Below, in pieces: positions 46,173-55,734 of a stretch of 64,000 bases of DNA. Source of the stretch: an uncultured Dehalococcoidia bacterium (GTDB taxonomy: Bacteria; Chloroflexota; Dehalococcoidia; Lucifugimonadales; UBA3495); the NCBI GenBank assembly GCA_964463525.1, contig CAYXDE010000009.1:10297-74296 (forward strand). The letters run 5' to 3'. Each line of letters begins with the position of its first letter. The first letter of the stretch is position 1. The translations under genes were made by a program, and so were the position numbers. Below the pieces are notes generated by a model, which ran no database searches, had not been told where the DNA came from, and saw only the letters and a program-made list of their open reading frames with translations.

Positions 46173-47069
46173 TTGGAGTCTGCGTTGAAGTACGCCTTTT
46201 TCCCCGGTTGTGTGTCCCGAGGCGGTTGTCCGGAGCTCTATCCGGCGACCAAACTCATCTGCCAGAAGCTGGGTATCGAGCTTCAAGAGATGCCCGCCGC
46301 GTCCTGCACCGGCGCCGGCGTCCTACAAGAGAAGAACGAACTACTGGGCGACACCCTGAACGCCCGCACCTTCGCCATGGCCGAGGCCCTGGACCTGCCG
46401 ATCTTGACCATCTGCAGCACCTGCCAGGGAGTTATGAGCCAGGCCAACCACCGGCTGAAGGACCCCGAATACCTGGCCAAGGTAAACGGGTTCCTGGCCG
46501 ACGAGGGCCTGGAGTACAAGGGCAACGCCCGGCCCAAGCACCTGCTTTGGGTGTTGATCGAAGACATCGGCCTGGACAAGGTCCTGGAACTGGTCACCCG
46601 CCCTCTCGCCGGAACCCGGATGGCGCCTTTCTATGGCTGCTACATCGTCCGGCCCACCGACGCCTTGGAGTTCGAAGAAAATCCGGGCCGCCAGAACGCC
46701 CTGGAGCAGATCATCGAGACCATCGGCGCGACTGTCGTGGACTTCGAGGGCAAGACCCGCTGCTGCGGGTTCCCCATCTTGACCATCAACGAGCGCAACT
46801 CCATGGCCATGGTGGGCAAACACACCTCCGAGGCCAAGGACCTGGGCGCCGACGCCATGATCACGCCGTGTCCGCTCTGCCATCTGAACCTGGACAGCTT
46901 CCAGCCCAAAGCGGCGGCCCAAGCCGGACGGCCCATCGGCATGCCCATCCTGCACATGCCCCAGGCCATCGGACTGGCCATGGGCCTCAGCCCCAATGAC
47001 ATGGGACTGAAGCGTCACATCGTGAGCACCGCTCCCCTGGAAGTAGCCCTGGGCATCCCCCACCGCTAG
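46173..47069 (+). CDS. HdrB-like CCG-domain protein (SdhE-type subunit of non-classical succinate dehydrogenase / thiol:fumarate reductase-like)
   Basis: Two Cys-rich CCG-type domains (PGC...C..AG...CSTC, and GC...CCGFP...CPLCHLN). TTG start at 46173, or more likely TTG 46185 (MKYAFFPGC) with GGAG 6 nt upstream. Confidence 0.8.
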   Translation: MESALKYAFFPGCVSRGGCPELYPATKLICQKLGIELQEMPAASCTGAGVLQEKNELLGDTLNARTFAMAEALDLPILTICSTCQGVMSQANHRLKDPEYLAKVNGFLADEGLEYKGNARPKHLLWVLIEDIGLDKVLELVTRPLAGTRMAPFYGCYIVRPTDALEFEENPGRQNALEQIIETIGATVVDFEGKTRCCGFPILTINERNSMAMVGKHTSEAKDLGADAMITPCPLCHLNLDSFQPKAAAQAGRPIGMPILHMPQAIGLAMGLSPNDMGLKRHIVSTAPLEVALGIPHR

Positions 47070-47102
47070 GCGGCACAGCCGCGGTTAGTTTTGATCTGCA
47101 AG

Positions 47103-47133
47103 AGGGGCCGCTGTGCATCAGTGGCCCCTTTTT
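47103..47133 (+). terminator. rho-independent terminator after the sdh cluster
   Basis: AGGGGCCGCTG-TGCAT-CAGTGGCCCCT followed by TTTT. Confidence 0.7.
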
Positions 47134-47175
47134 GATTTAATTCCGACTTTGGGATTTCGAAGCAGGAGAGATTAA

Positions 47176-48042
47176 ATGCCGCACAGCACTCTGACCGTTG
47201 GCAAAGTTGAGATTACAGTCCTCCACGACGCGGAAGTTGCGTCGCCCTTCAGCCAGTCGTTTCCGGACGTACCAGCGGAGGCCTGGGAGCCGTATCTCAA
47301 AAGATATCCTGAGGCGTTCATAGGCGGTGACAGCAGGCGGACTCACTTCGAGTGCTACCTCGTCCGCTCCCAGGGCCGCACGTTTTTGGTGGATACGGGT
47401 TTGGGGACCAGTCAGACCAACCCGGGCACGGTGGACCAGATGTTCGGAGGGACGCAGGGCGTCTTGCTGGACGAACTGAAGGCTGCGGGCTACCAACCCG
47501 GAGATATCGACACGGTATTCCTGACCCATCTCCATTTGGACCACGTTGGCTGGAACATGACCGAGAGCGGCGGCAAAGGTCAGCCGACCTTCCCCAACGC
47601 CCGCTACATCGGCAACGAGGCTGATTGGGCCGCCTTCAACACGCCTCGAGATTCGGAGATTTTCGGGTTTCCCTGGTGGGAAGACACGGTCGCCCCGCTG
47701 AAGAAGGCCGGTGTCCTGGACCTGGTGGCCGAGGAGACCAAACTCAACAGTGAGTTGACCATCACCCCAACCCCGGGCCACACTCCCGGCTCCATGAGCC
47801 TGGTGATCAATTCCGGCGGCGAAAGCGCCTTCCTGATGGGAGACGTGTTCCATGGGCCGGCACAAGTCACCGAGACAGACTGGGTGTTCCGGTTCGATAT
47901 GGACTCCGAACAAGCCGGACGTACGCGGCGGGAGATTCTGGACCGCGCCGAGAAGGAGAACGCCGCCATCGCCATCTGCCACCACAGCGGGTTCGGCAAA
48001 GTGGTCACCGAGAGCGGCAAGAGGTACTGGCAGGCCCTGTAA
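47176..48042 (+). CDS. MBL-fold metallo-hydrolase (lactonase-like)
   Basis: 288 aa. THLHLDHVGWN (HxHxDH), TPGHTPGS and CHHSGFG. Confidence 0.85.
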   Translation: MPHSTLTVGKVEITVLHDAEVASPFSQSFPDVPAEAWEPYLKRYPEAFIGGDSRRTHFECYLVRSQGRTFLVDTGLGTSQTNPGTVDQMFGGTQGVLLDELKAAGYQPGDIDTVFLTHLHLDHVGWNMTESGGKGQPTFPNARYIGNEADWAAFNTPRDSEIFGFPWWEDTVAPLKKAGVLDLVAEETKLNSELTITPTPGHTPGSMSLVINSGGESAFLMGDVFHGPAQVTETDWVFRFDMDSEQAGRTRREILDRAEKENAAIAICHHSGFGKVVTESGKRYWQAL

Positions 48043-48130
48043 CCGGCGCAGCCGGGTTTTCTTGGACTAGCCGCTCTGACGATGATGACCAATCTTAGAA
48101 GAACGATAGCCTGAGTGTCGAGGAGAAATA

Positions 48131-49009
48131 ATGCCCCACAGCACACTGACCGTTGGCAATGTTGAGATCACCGTCCTCCATGACTCGGAGGTTGCCCTGC
48201 CCTTTGTGAGGACTTTCCCCGATGTTCCAAGGGAAGCCTGGACTCCCTACATGGAGCGTTACCCGGACGCCTACACAAAGACCGGAACGGGTGATGATAG
48301 CCTGCGGGTCCACTTCGAGTGCTATCTGGTGCGCTCCCAAGGCCGGGTGTTGCTGGTTGACAGCGGACTGGGCAACGCTGATTCCAACCCCAACGTGGTG
48401 GCCCAGATCGGCGGCGGCGTTGACGGCGTGTTGTTGTCTGAACTCGAGAAAGCCGGATTCAAGGCTTCAGATGTCGATACTGTGTTCTTAACCCACCTGC
48501 ATCCAGATCATGTGGGCTGGAACGTAACCCGTACTGGCGCCGAGGAATCGCCAACGTTCCCCAACGCCCGCTACGTGGCCCACGAGGCCGACTGGGCGGC
48601 GTTCGACACCCCCAAAGACTCGGAGATATTCGGCTATGACTGGTGGGCCGAGACCGTGGCCCCACTGCGCCGCCTGGGCGTGCTTGATCTGATCACCGGG
48701 GAGACCGAGCTTACGGGCGAACTGACCGTAACCCCCACCCCGGGACACACACCAGGTTCCATGAGCCTGATCGTCAATTCCGGCGGCGAAAAGGCGTTCA
48801 TGATGGGAGACGTCTTCCACGGCCCGGCCCAAGTCACCGAGACCGACTGGGTGTTCCACTATGACATGGACCCGGAAACAGCCGGTGAGACCCGCCGGGG
48901 TATGCTGGCCCGAGCCGAGCAAGACAACGCCGCCATCGCCATCTGCCACCACAGCGGCTTCGGCCGCGTTGTCCGTGAGAGCGGGCGGCGGTATTGGCAG
49001 GCGCTTTAG
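48131..49009 (+). CDS. MBL-fold metallo-hydrolase (tandem paralog)
   Basis: 292 aa. About 70% identical by eye to the preceding gene. THLHPDHVGWN. Shares long identical nucleotide runs, e.g. AACGCCGCCATCGCCATCTGCCACCACAGCGG. Confidence 0.85.
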   Translation: MPHSTLTVGNVEITVLHDSEVALPFVRTFPDVPREAWTPYMERYPDAYTKTGTGDDSLRVHFECYLVRSQGRVLLVDSGLGNADSNPNVVAQIGGGVDGVLLSELEKAGFKASDVDTVFLTHLHPDHVGWNVTRTGAEESPTFPNARYVAHEADWAAFDTPKDSEIFGYDWWAETVAPLRRLGVLDLITGETELTGELTVTPTPGHTPGSMSLIVNSGGEKAFMMGDVFHGPAQVTETDWVFHYDMDPETAGETRRGMLARAEQDNAAIAICHHSGFGRVVRESGRRYWQAL

Positions 49010-49028
49010 GGTTGAGGGGTTTAGCGAT

Positions 49029-50198
49029 ATGACACAACAGGCGGATACCGCCGCGGTCTTAACTCCGGACGAACTTCTCCGCAGGGCAACGGCGATGGTC
49101 CCGGTGCTCAAGGAAAGGGCCGGCTACACCGAGGAGCTTCGGCGGATGCCCGATGAGACGGTCAAAGACTTGTTGTCGTCAGGGTTACACCTGATCGGCG
49201 TGCCTGAGCGGTTCGGAGGCCTCGACGTAGATTACGGGTTGATGCTGGAGGCCGGCGCCATCCTTGGTACGGGGTGCTCCGCCACTTCCTGGTGTTATTG
49301 TTTGTGGACGGCCCATTCGTGGCTGGTCGGTTTTTGGCCCCTTGAAGCGCAAGAGGAAGTTTTTGGCCAAAGTCCCGATGTATTGCTATCAAGTTCTCTG
49401 AATCCGGGCCGGTCAACCTTGGAAAAAACAGCCGGCGGGTTTAATTTTTCCGGACGGTGGGAGTTCTCCAGCGGGAGTGATGCCGCTCAATGGGTAATGG
49501 TAGGCAGTGATACCCCAGAGGGACGTGTCTGGGTCCTCGTTCCGCGCCCGGACTACGAGATAATCGACACCTGGTTCGTTTCCGGCCTTAAGGGGTCTGG
49601 CAGCAAGGATATCCTCATCAAGGACGTGTTTGTTCCAGACCACCGGGTTTTCGACCGTGATCGAGGCGGTGAGGAGGAACGGCACGGCTGGGAAGTCCAC
49701 AAAATTGACCGCTACCGCATCCCCGTCCATGTTTTGCTGGGCTGGGACCTGGCAGCCCCCATGATAGGCATCGCCCAAGGAGCGATAGAAGAGTTCACTA
49801 GCCGGCTAACCGGGACATCGGGGCCAGGCAGAACTGCCGAGAATGACAGCGTCCAGCTCCGACTCTCTCAAGCATCGGCTGAGGTCGACGCAGCCCGCGC
49901 TCTGATGCGGGGCGATCTCACCGAGATGTTCCTGAAGGCCCAAGAAGGCGAGGGATTCAGCACGCTGGAACGGGCTCGTTACCGGCGGGACAAGGCGTTC
50001 GTTGCCCAGCAATGTCTGAACGCTGTCAACCGGCTATTCGAGTTCAGCGGCGGTCATGCCATCTTTGAATCGGGCCGGATGCAGCGCTTCCACCGGGATA
50101 TCCAGGCCGCCGTGCGTCGCGACGGTTTCATCATGGAACTGGGTGGCCTGCAATACGGCCGTGTTGCTTTAGGGTTGGAAGCCGACGGAAGGATCTAG
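49029..50198 (+). CDS. acyl-CoA dehydrogenase-fold flavoenzyme (ACAD/group-D flavin monooxygenase-like)
   Basis: ATG 49029 (MTQQADTAAVLTPDELLRRA...), 389 aa. The track ORF's N-terminal 56 aa overlaps the preceding gene in another frame. Architecture parallels 25409..26578. Confidence 0.78.
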   Translation: MTQQADTAAVLTPDELLRRATAMVPVLKERAGYTEELRRMPDETVKDLLSSGLHLIGVPERFGGLDVDYGLMLEAGAILGTGCSATSWCYCLWTAHSWLVGFWPLEAQEEVFGQSPDVLLSSSLNPGRSTLEKTAGGFNFSGRWEFSSGSDAAQWVMVGSDTPEGRVWVLVPRPDYEIIDTWFVSGLKGSGSKDILIKDVFVPDHRVFDRDRGGEEERHGWEVHKIDRYRIPVHVLLGWDLAAPMIGIAQGAIEEFTSRLTGTSGPGRTAENDSVQLRLSQASAEVDAARALMRGDLTEMFLKAQEGEGFSTLERARYRRDKAFVAQQCLNAVNRLFEFSGGHAIFESGRMQRFHRDIQAAVRRDGFIMELGGLQYGRVALGLEADGRI

Positions 50199-50399
50199 GC
50201 CGGCCGGCCTACACGATGCGTAGATAGATGAGTTTGTTCATCTGATCGAGCGGCGGGCTGTCTCCCAGCGTTCGAAGGTATGTGTACTCCGGTGCGAATT
50301 TCCCGCATAATTGCCGCGGCGCTGGAGCCTGAGTCTGGGACCGGGCGCGTCATCTAGAAAGACTACTGCCGCAAGATATTGCTTAAGAAGGTTTGAGTC

Positions 50400-51308
50400 A
50401 TGCCTTTGCCTCCGAATCGAATGGACTACAGTCCGATCATCGATCGTCCCATCATCAAGTGGCCCAACAACGCCAGGGTTGCTTTCTGGGTCGCGCCGAA
50501 CATCGAGCATTACGAATACATGCCGCTCAAAGATGGGGGACGCAACCCGTGGCCCCGGACGCCCCATCCTGACGTGCAGCAATATTCATCCCATGAATTC
50601 GGCAACCGGGTGGGTTTTTGGCGGTTGCTTGAAGTGCTGGACCGGTACGACATCAAATGCTCCACGACCCTGAGCATCGGGGTGCTGGAGCACTTCCCCG
50701 AGATAGCCGATGCTATGTTGAAACGTGACTGGACCTTTGTGAACCACGGTTTCTACAACACCCGGTACGTGACTGATTACTCGGAAGAGCAGGAGCGGGA
50801 GTTCCTGCGTGATTGCGTCGAAAACTTCAAGCGTCTCACCGGCCGCCAGATTAAGGGTCATTCGGGCCCGGCGGCTTCCAACACGGAGCGCACACCCGAC
50901 CTTCTGGCCGAAGCCGGTTTTCTTTATCAGACCGACTGGAAGATCGATGACCAGCCTCTCCCCATCAAGGTTAAGTCGGGCCGTTTGGTCTGCGTGCCGT
51001 ATACCTCGGAGATGAACGACGTTCCCCTTTACCGGCACAACTATGAGGCCGATTATTACGCGGAGATCTGCAAAGCCCAGTTCGACCAGCTATACGAGGA
51101 AGGAGCGGAGAGCGGCAGGTGCATGGTCATCGCGGTCCACCCCTACGCCACGGGCCGGCCCCACCGGGTCAAATACCTGGACGAAGTGCTGAATCACATC
51201 ATGTCCCACGACGGCGTGTGGCAGACCACCACCGATGAGATAGCCGAATATTACCTAGCCAACTACTACGACCAAGCCATCGCCCACGCTCCGAACGTGA
51301 TCTCCTAG
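50400..51308 (+). CDS. polysaccharide deacetylase family protein (PuuE/allantoinase-like)
   Basis: 302 aa. WPNNARVAFWV, HEFGNRVGFWRLLEVLDRY and VNHGF... follow the NodB-homology/PuuE-like pattern. Confidence 0.78.
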   Translation: MPLPPNRMDYSPIIDRPIIKWPNNARVAFWVAPNIEHYEYMPLKDGGRNPWPRTPHPDVQQYSSHEFGNRVGFWRLLEVLDRYDIKCSTTLSIGVLEHFPEIADAMLKRDWTFVNHGFYNTRYVTDYSEEQEREFLRDCVENFKRLTGRQIKGHSGPAASNTERTPDLLAEAGFLYQTDWKIDDQPLPIKVKSGRLVCVPYTSEMNDVPLYRHNYEADYYAEICKAQFDQLYEEGAESGRCMVIAVHPYATGRPHRVKYLDEVLNHIMSHDGVWQTTTDEIAEYYLANYYDQAIAHAPNVIS

Positions 51309-51334
51309 TCATCTAAGAACAGAAGGACCTGATT

Positions 51335-52258
51335 ATGCCCGTAGAGTTCTATCACGGCATGGACCACCAGCATTACGACTGGGCTCCACTCAACGGCGAC
51401 CGCGGGGTGCTGCGTTGGCCTAACGATGCTCGAATCGCCCTGTGCGTGTTGGTCACATTGGACCATATGGAATGGCGCGTGCCCGAGGGTTCGTTCCAGT
51501 CGGCCTCTCTGGCTGGCGGCTACGGACCGTCGGCATTCCCAGACGTCACACGCTGGTCCCATAGGGAATACGGTCACCGGGTGGGTGTCTACCGGCTCCT
51601 GGAGACGTTGGCCAAGCACGGGATCACCCCCACGGTGGCCATGGACGTTCTAACGGCGGAGAACTACCCCTTCCTGGTCCGCCATCTCCAAGAACGAGGC
51701 TGCGAGATCGCAGCTCATGGGATATCTGTCAGCCAGCAGATAACCGAGAACATGCCGGAAGAGGAAGAACAAAAGTACATCCAGGCGTCGATGGCCCGCA
51801 TGTCTCAGGCCATCGGTGTCACTCCCGCAGGTTGGCTGGGGCCCGAATATGGAGAATCGTCCCGGACACCCCAGTTGCTGGCCGATGCCGGACTAAGCTA
51901 CGTTTGCGACTGGACCAACGACGAGCAACCATTCCCGATCAAAGCGCCCAAGGGAGAATTGACTGCCCTGCCCATCAACCTGCCTCTGGACGACGTGAAC
52001 GCCCTGTTTGACCGGCATATGCCGATAAGCAGGTACGAATTGATGCTTAAAGAGGGCTTTGACACTTTGTACCAAGACGGGGCCGCCAACGGCCGTCTGC
52101 TGGTGCTGAACCTGCACCCGTGGCTTTCGGGTCAGCCCTTCCGCGTCCGCTATCTCAGCCGGGCGCTGGAATACATGACCCGCCGCGAGGGAGTGTGGAT
52201 CGCCAAGGGGGCCGAGATAGTCGACTGGTACCGCGATAACCCGCCGAAGGCTGCCTAA
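51335..52258 (+). CDS. polysaccharide deacetylase family protein (divergent paralog)
   Basis: 307 aa. WPNDARIALCV, REYGHRVGVYRLLETLAKH and AAHGIS. Same family as the upstream gene but much more diverged. Confidence 0.78.
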   Translation: MPVEFYHGMDHQHYDWAPLNGDRGVLRWPNDARIALCVLVTLDHMEWRVPEGSFQSASLAGGYGPSAFPDVTRWSHREYGHRVGVYRLLETLAKHGITPTVAMDVLTAENYPFLVRHLQERGCEIAAHGISVSQQITENMPEEEEQKYIQASMARMSQAIGVTPAGWLGPEYGESSRTPQLLADAGLSYVCDWTNDEQPFPIKAPKGELTALPINLPLDDVNALFDRHMPISRYELMLKEGFDTLYQDGAANGRLLVLNLHPWLSGQPFRVRYLSRALEYMTRREGVWIAKGAEIVDWYRDNPPKAA

Positions 52259-53547
52259 CTCCGGATCTGCGGCACAACTTCCCGCATGGCCTGGATCGTC
52301 TTCGACACGTCTTCGTCGCTGTGGACGGCTGAGGGGTAGTATTTCTGGGCGCCCTTCAGGATGCCGCGCTCCAGCAGGCCGGTGTTGAAGCGGGCCATCA
52401 TGCCACTGTCGGCGGCCAGCGTGTCCCGGTAGTTGGACACCGGCTGCTCCGAGAAGTAGACGTCGAAGATGGCGTCCTCGCCGCAGCTTTGCACCGGCAC
52501 TCCATTCTCGTTGCAGATCTCCACCAAGGCGTTCCGGATGGCTGCGCCTGCCCCGTGAATCTTCTTGTAGGTGTCCGGTTCCCGCATGATTTTTAGCGTC
52601 GCCAGTCCGGCTGCGCAGGCAACAGGATTGCCGTTCAGCGTGCCGATCTGGTTGACATAAGTGTCGTCGTCAGAGGCGCTACGGTCATAGACGGATAGGA
52701 TGTCCGCCCGGCCTGTGACCGCCGCCAGCGAGTAGCCGCCGCCCATGATCTTGCCCACGGTGCACATGTCCGGGGTGACGCCGTAGAACTCCTGTGCGCC
52801 GCCGTAGGCCAGCCGGAAGCTGGTTACGACCTCGTCGAAGATGAGAGGGATGTTGTGGCGTTTGGTCAGGTCGCGCAGACCCTGGAGAAAGCCCGGTTTC
52901 GGGGCTATCACCCGCTGGACCGGCTCCACGATCACCGCCGCGATGTCGTCCAGGTGGGCGTTTATGATCGTCTCGGTGGTGGCCAGGTCGTTATAGGGGG
53001 CGATGAGCATCAGGTCTTCGATGGCCTTGGGGATGCCGCCGCTGCTGGCCTGGGCCTGGGGATACTCCACCGACGGAGGGGGAGTGAGGCTCATCAGGGC
53101 GTAGTCGCTGGTGCCGTGGAAGCCGCCTTCGAACTTGAGTATCTTCTCTTTGCCGGTGAACGCACGGCAGGCGCGCATGGCGTTGAAGCAGGCGTCGGTG
53201 CCGCTGGTGGTGAAGCGCACCTGTTCGGCGCAGGGGATGGCGTTGACCATCTCTTCGGCCAATTCCACGGCTTTGTCGTTGGTGGCGAAGAAGGTGCTGC
53301 CGTCCTCCACCGCTTTGATCACGGCTTCAGTTACGGCGGGGTGGGCGTGGCCCAGGACCATGGGTCCGGAGCCCATGAGCCAGTCGACATACTCGTTGCC
53401 GCTGACATCAAAGATGTGCGCGCCTTGGCCTCGGGAGGCCAGGAAATCCAATTCCGAGGGGAGGGTAAGGTTGCCGCCGCTGCCGCCCGGCAGATAACGC
53501 CGCGCTTTCTCCAATAAACGTTGCTCAGCGTCGGTTCTGCGGGCCAT
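52255..53547 (-). CDS. class-III PLP aminotransferase (glutamate-1-semialdehyde aminomutase-like)
   Basis: 430 aa. GSGPMVLGHAHP, IFDEVVTSFR and TVGKIMGGG (PLP Lys). Confidence 0.9.
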   Translation of the reverse strand: MARRTDAEQRLLEKARRYLPGGSGGNLTLPSELDFLASRGQGAHIFDVSGNEYVDWLMGSGPMVLGHAHPAVTEAVIKAVEDGSTFFATNDKAVELAEEMVNAIPCAEQVRFTTSGTDACFNAMRACRAFTGKEKILKFEGGFHGTSDYALMSLTPPPSVEYPQAQASSGGIPKAIEDLMLIAPYNDLATTETIINAHLDDIAAVIVEPVQRVIAPKPGFLQGLRDLTKRHNIPLIFDEVVTSFRLAYGGAQEFYGVTPDMCTVGKIMGGGYSLAAVTGRADILSVYDRSASDDDTYVNQIGTLNGNPVACAAGLATLKIMREPDTYKKIHGAGAAIRNALVEICNENGVPVQSCGEDAIFDVYFSEQPVSNYRDTLAADSGMMARFNTGLLERGILKGAQKYYPSAVHSDEDVSKTIQAMREVVPQIRS

Positions 53548-53595
53548 AAGGCACCCTCCTCCCGGAATTATTTCATACTATTGTAAACCCGAAAA

Positions 53596-54537
53596 CTAGC
53601 CCTCAGCCCTGGCTTTATTCATCACTTCCACCAGTTCTTGAACGCTGGCGGCTGATCCCTGAAGTGCGGTGGTCTCTTCGGGTGTGAGGTTGATCTCCAT
53701 GATCTGTTCCATGCCGTTGGCGCCCAGCTTGACCGGTACGCCGACACAGAGGCCGTTGATGCCGAACTCGCCCTCCAGGTAGGCGCAGGCGGGGAGGATG
53801 CGCTTCTTGTCCAGCAGCACCGCTTCCACCATCTGGGTGATGGCTGCGGAGGGGGCGTAGTAGGCGCTGCCCTCTTTCAGCAGCTCGACGATCTCCCCGC
53901 CGCCGCCGCGGGTGCGCTTCACCAGTTGGTCTATCTTCTCCTCGGCCATCAGTTCGCTGAGAGGGATGCCTCCGACGTTGGTGAACCGGACCAGGGGCAC
54001 CATGTCGTCGCCGTGGCCGCCCAGCACGAATGCCTGGATGTCTTCCACCGACACATTGAGTTCTTCGGCGATGAAGGTGCGGAAACGGGCGGTGTCCAGC
54101 ACGCCGGCCATGCCGAAGACCCGGCTCCGGGGGAACCCGCTGGACTCATAGACGTTCTGGACCATGGCGTCCAAAGGATTCGTCACCGGCATGATGATGC
54201 ACTCAGGGGAGTACTTGACCACCTGCTCCGTGACGGAGGAGGTGATGCGCATGTTGGTCAGCAGCAGGTCGTCGCGGCTCATCCCGGGGCGGCGGGCGAT
54301 GCCGGCGGTGATGACCACAACGTCGGACCCGGCGGTCTCTTCGTAGCCGTTGCTGCCGGTGATCTTGGCGTCGGTGCCCATCACCGGGGCCGATTCCAGC
54401 ATGTCCAACGACTTGCCCTGGGGAAGGTCCTCAACCACGTCGACCAATACCACGTCGGTGTATCCCAATGCATGGATCCTCTGGGCGGTGGTGGCTCCTA
54501 CGTTGCCTGCACCGACAACCGTAACTTTGCTTCGCAT
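53596..54537 (-). CDS. mdh: malate dehydrogenase (LDH-like MDH)
   Basis: ATG 54537 gives [31 protein letters not shown] (the Arg is typical of MDH specificity) and GGHGD. The track ORF's 130-aa N-terminal extension runs through a repeat element and is spurious. Confidence 0.95.
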   Translation of the reverse strand: MRSKVTVVGAGNVGATTAQRIHALGYTDVVLVDVVEDLPQGKSLDMLESAPVMGTDAKITGSNGYEETAGSDVVVITAGIARRPGMSRDDLLLTNMRITSSVTEQVVKYSPECIIMPVTNPLDAMVQNVYESSGFPRSRVFGMAGVLDTARFRTFIAEELNVSVEDIQAFVLGGHGDDMVPLVRFTNVGGIPLSELMAEEKIDQLVKRTRGGGGEIVELLKEGSAYYAPSAAITQMVEAVLLDKKRILPACAYLEGEFGINGLCVGVPVKLGANGMEQIMEINLTPEETTALQGSAASVQELVEVMNKARAEG

Positions 54538-54579
54538 CTTGTGACTGCTCCTCTGTTTTGAAAGCTTGCCTGGCCTGAG

Positions 54580-54640
54580 AAATCCCCCCAACCGCCTTTC
54601 GAAAGGTGGGCTACGGGGGGATTTTAGCCGTTCGTGATCA
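54580..54640. repeat. 46-nt C/G-tract palindromic element plus truncated CCGTTCGT-family unit
   Basis: AAATCCCCCCAACCGCCTTTCGAAAGGTGGGCTACGGGGGGATTTT, followed by AGCCGTTCGTGATCAG. The 13-mer TTAGCCGTTCGTG is shared with 27199-27211. Confidence 0.65.
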
Positions 54641-54817
54641 GTGTGTGTTCTACGGGTCGGCGGCGTTGGCCTTCTGGACGCCAAACCGCGCCCATTATAC
54701 ATCTGAACTGGAGACCGTGGTACCCCTGGACGACGCCTGAGGCCGGCAGGCTTCCAACCGTGCTTCCGCATCGAGTAACATACCGTAATCGAAATCTTCC
54801 GTAGTGGAAAGAATGCG

Positions 54818-55732
54818 ATGCTCAACATTCTTAAACGCCGCCGCGTGCGGACCGCGCTGCCGGTGGCATCGTTATTCTTGCTGGTGATATACGGCCTGGT
54901 CTCCTTCATGATCGCGCGGGGCGTCACCCAAGCCGACCGCGACCCTCAAGAGGCTCACCCCAGCGACTACGGGTTGGCCTTCGAAGAGGTGGAGTTCCCG
55001 TCCCAGCATGACGGCCTGATGTTGAGCGGCTGGTACCTGCCGGGAGACGCTTCCGCTCCCCACCTGATCTTCGTCCACGGCATAGGCAGTGTCCGGTCGG
55101 GAGACAATGCCGTGGAACTGGCGTCCCGTTTGGTTGAGTTGGGTTTCAATGTGCTGATGTTCGATCTGAGAGGGCACGGGTCCTCTGAAGGAGACAAGGT
55201 CTCCGGCGGCTATTTCGAACGGTGGGATGTCCTAGGAGCTTTCGATTATCTATTGAATCGGGGCGTCGACCCAGAGCGGACCGGACTGATGGGTTTCTCC
55301 ATGGGAGCCGCTACCTCGATATTGGCGGCCGCTGAGGAGCCCCGCATCACCGCCGTGGCCGCGGACAGTCCCTTCGCCAACGCGTCTGACTTGATCGCCC
55401 GCGAGGCTGCCCGCAAGACACCCATCCCAGCTTGGCTGACGCCCATCTTCATCCCGGCGGCCAAGCTGATGGCGAATGGCATCTATGGGATAGACATAGG
55501 AGCATTGGTCCCAGAAAGGGCGGTAAGCAGGCTGGATTACCCGGTCTTGGTGATTCACGGTATAGCGGACGAGCGCATACCCTGGCAGCAGGGTCAGAGG
55601 GTCGCGGCGGCGGCCAAAGAGGGAAGCGCGATCTGGCTGGTTCCAGGTGTGGACCACGTGGACGCGTTCCTGACCCACCCAGACGAATACGTAGACCGCG
55701 TTAGCGGGTATTTCGACTCGCGGCTCAGGTAG
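54818..55732 (+). CDS. alpha/beta hydrolase with N-terminal membrane anchor
   Basis: 304 aa. TM segment ([20 protein letters not shown]), HG oxyanion region (IFVHGIG), nucleophile elbow GFSMGA, C-terminal D...H. Confidence 0.85.
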   Translation: MLNILKRRRVRTALPVASLFLLVIYGLVSFMIARGVTQADRDPQEAHPSDYGLAFEEVEFPSQHDGLMLSGWYLPGDASAPHLIFVHGIGSVRSGDNAVELASRLVELGFNVLMFDLRGHGSSEGDKVSGGYFERWDVLGAFDYLLNRGVDPERTGLMGFSMGAATSILAAAEEPRITAVAADSPFANASDLIAREAARKTPIPAWLTPIFIPAAKLMANGIYGIDIGALVPERAVSRLDYPVLVIHGIADERIPWQQGQRVAAAAKEGSAIWLVPGVDHVDAFLTHPDEYVDRVSGYFDSRLR

Positions 55733-55734
55733 GG

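Noticed and set aside
53596-54927. The 443-aa track ORF suggests an N-terminally extended malate dehydrogenase.
   Set aside because: The extra 130 aa are Arg/Pro-rich and run through the palindromic repeat at 54580-54640. The Rossmann fold begins at [14 protein letters not shown] (ATG 54537), which has its own GGAG. The same logic applies to the extensions of 16664..18184, 48861..50198, 14530..15042 and 11280..11873.
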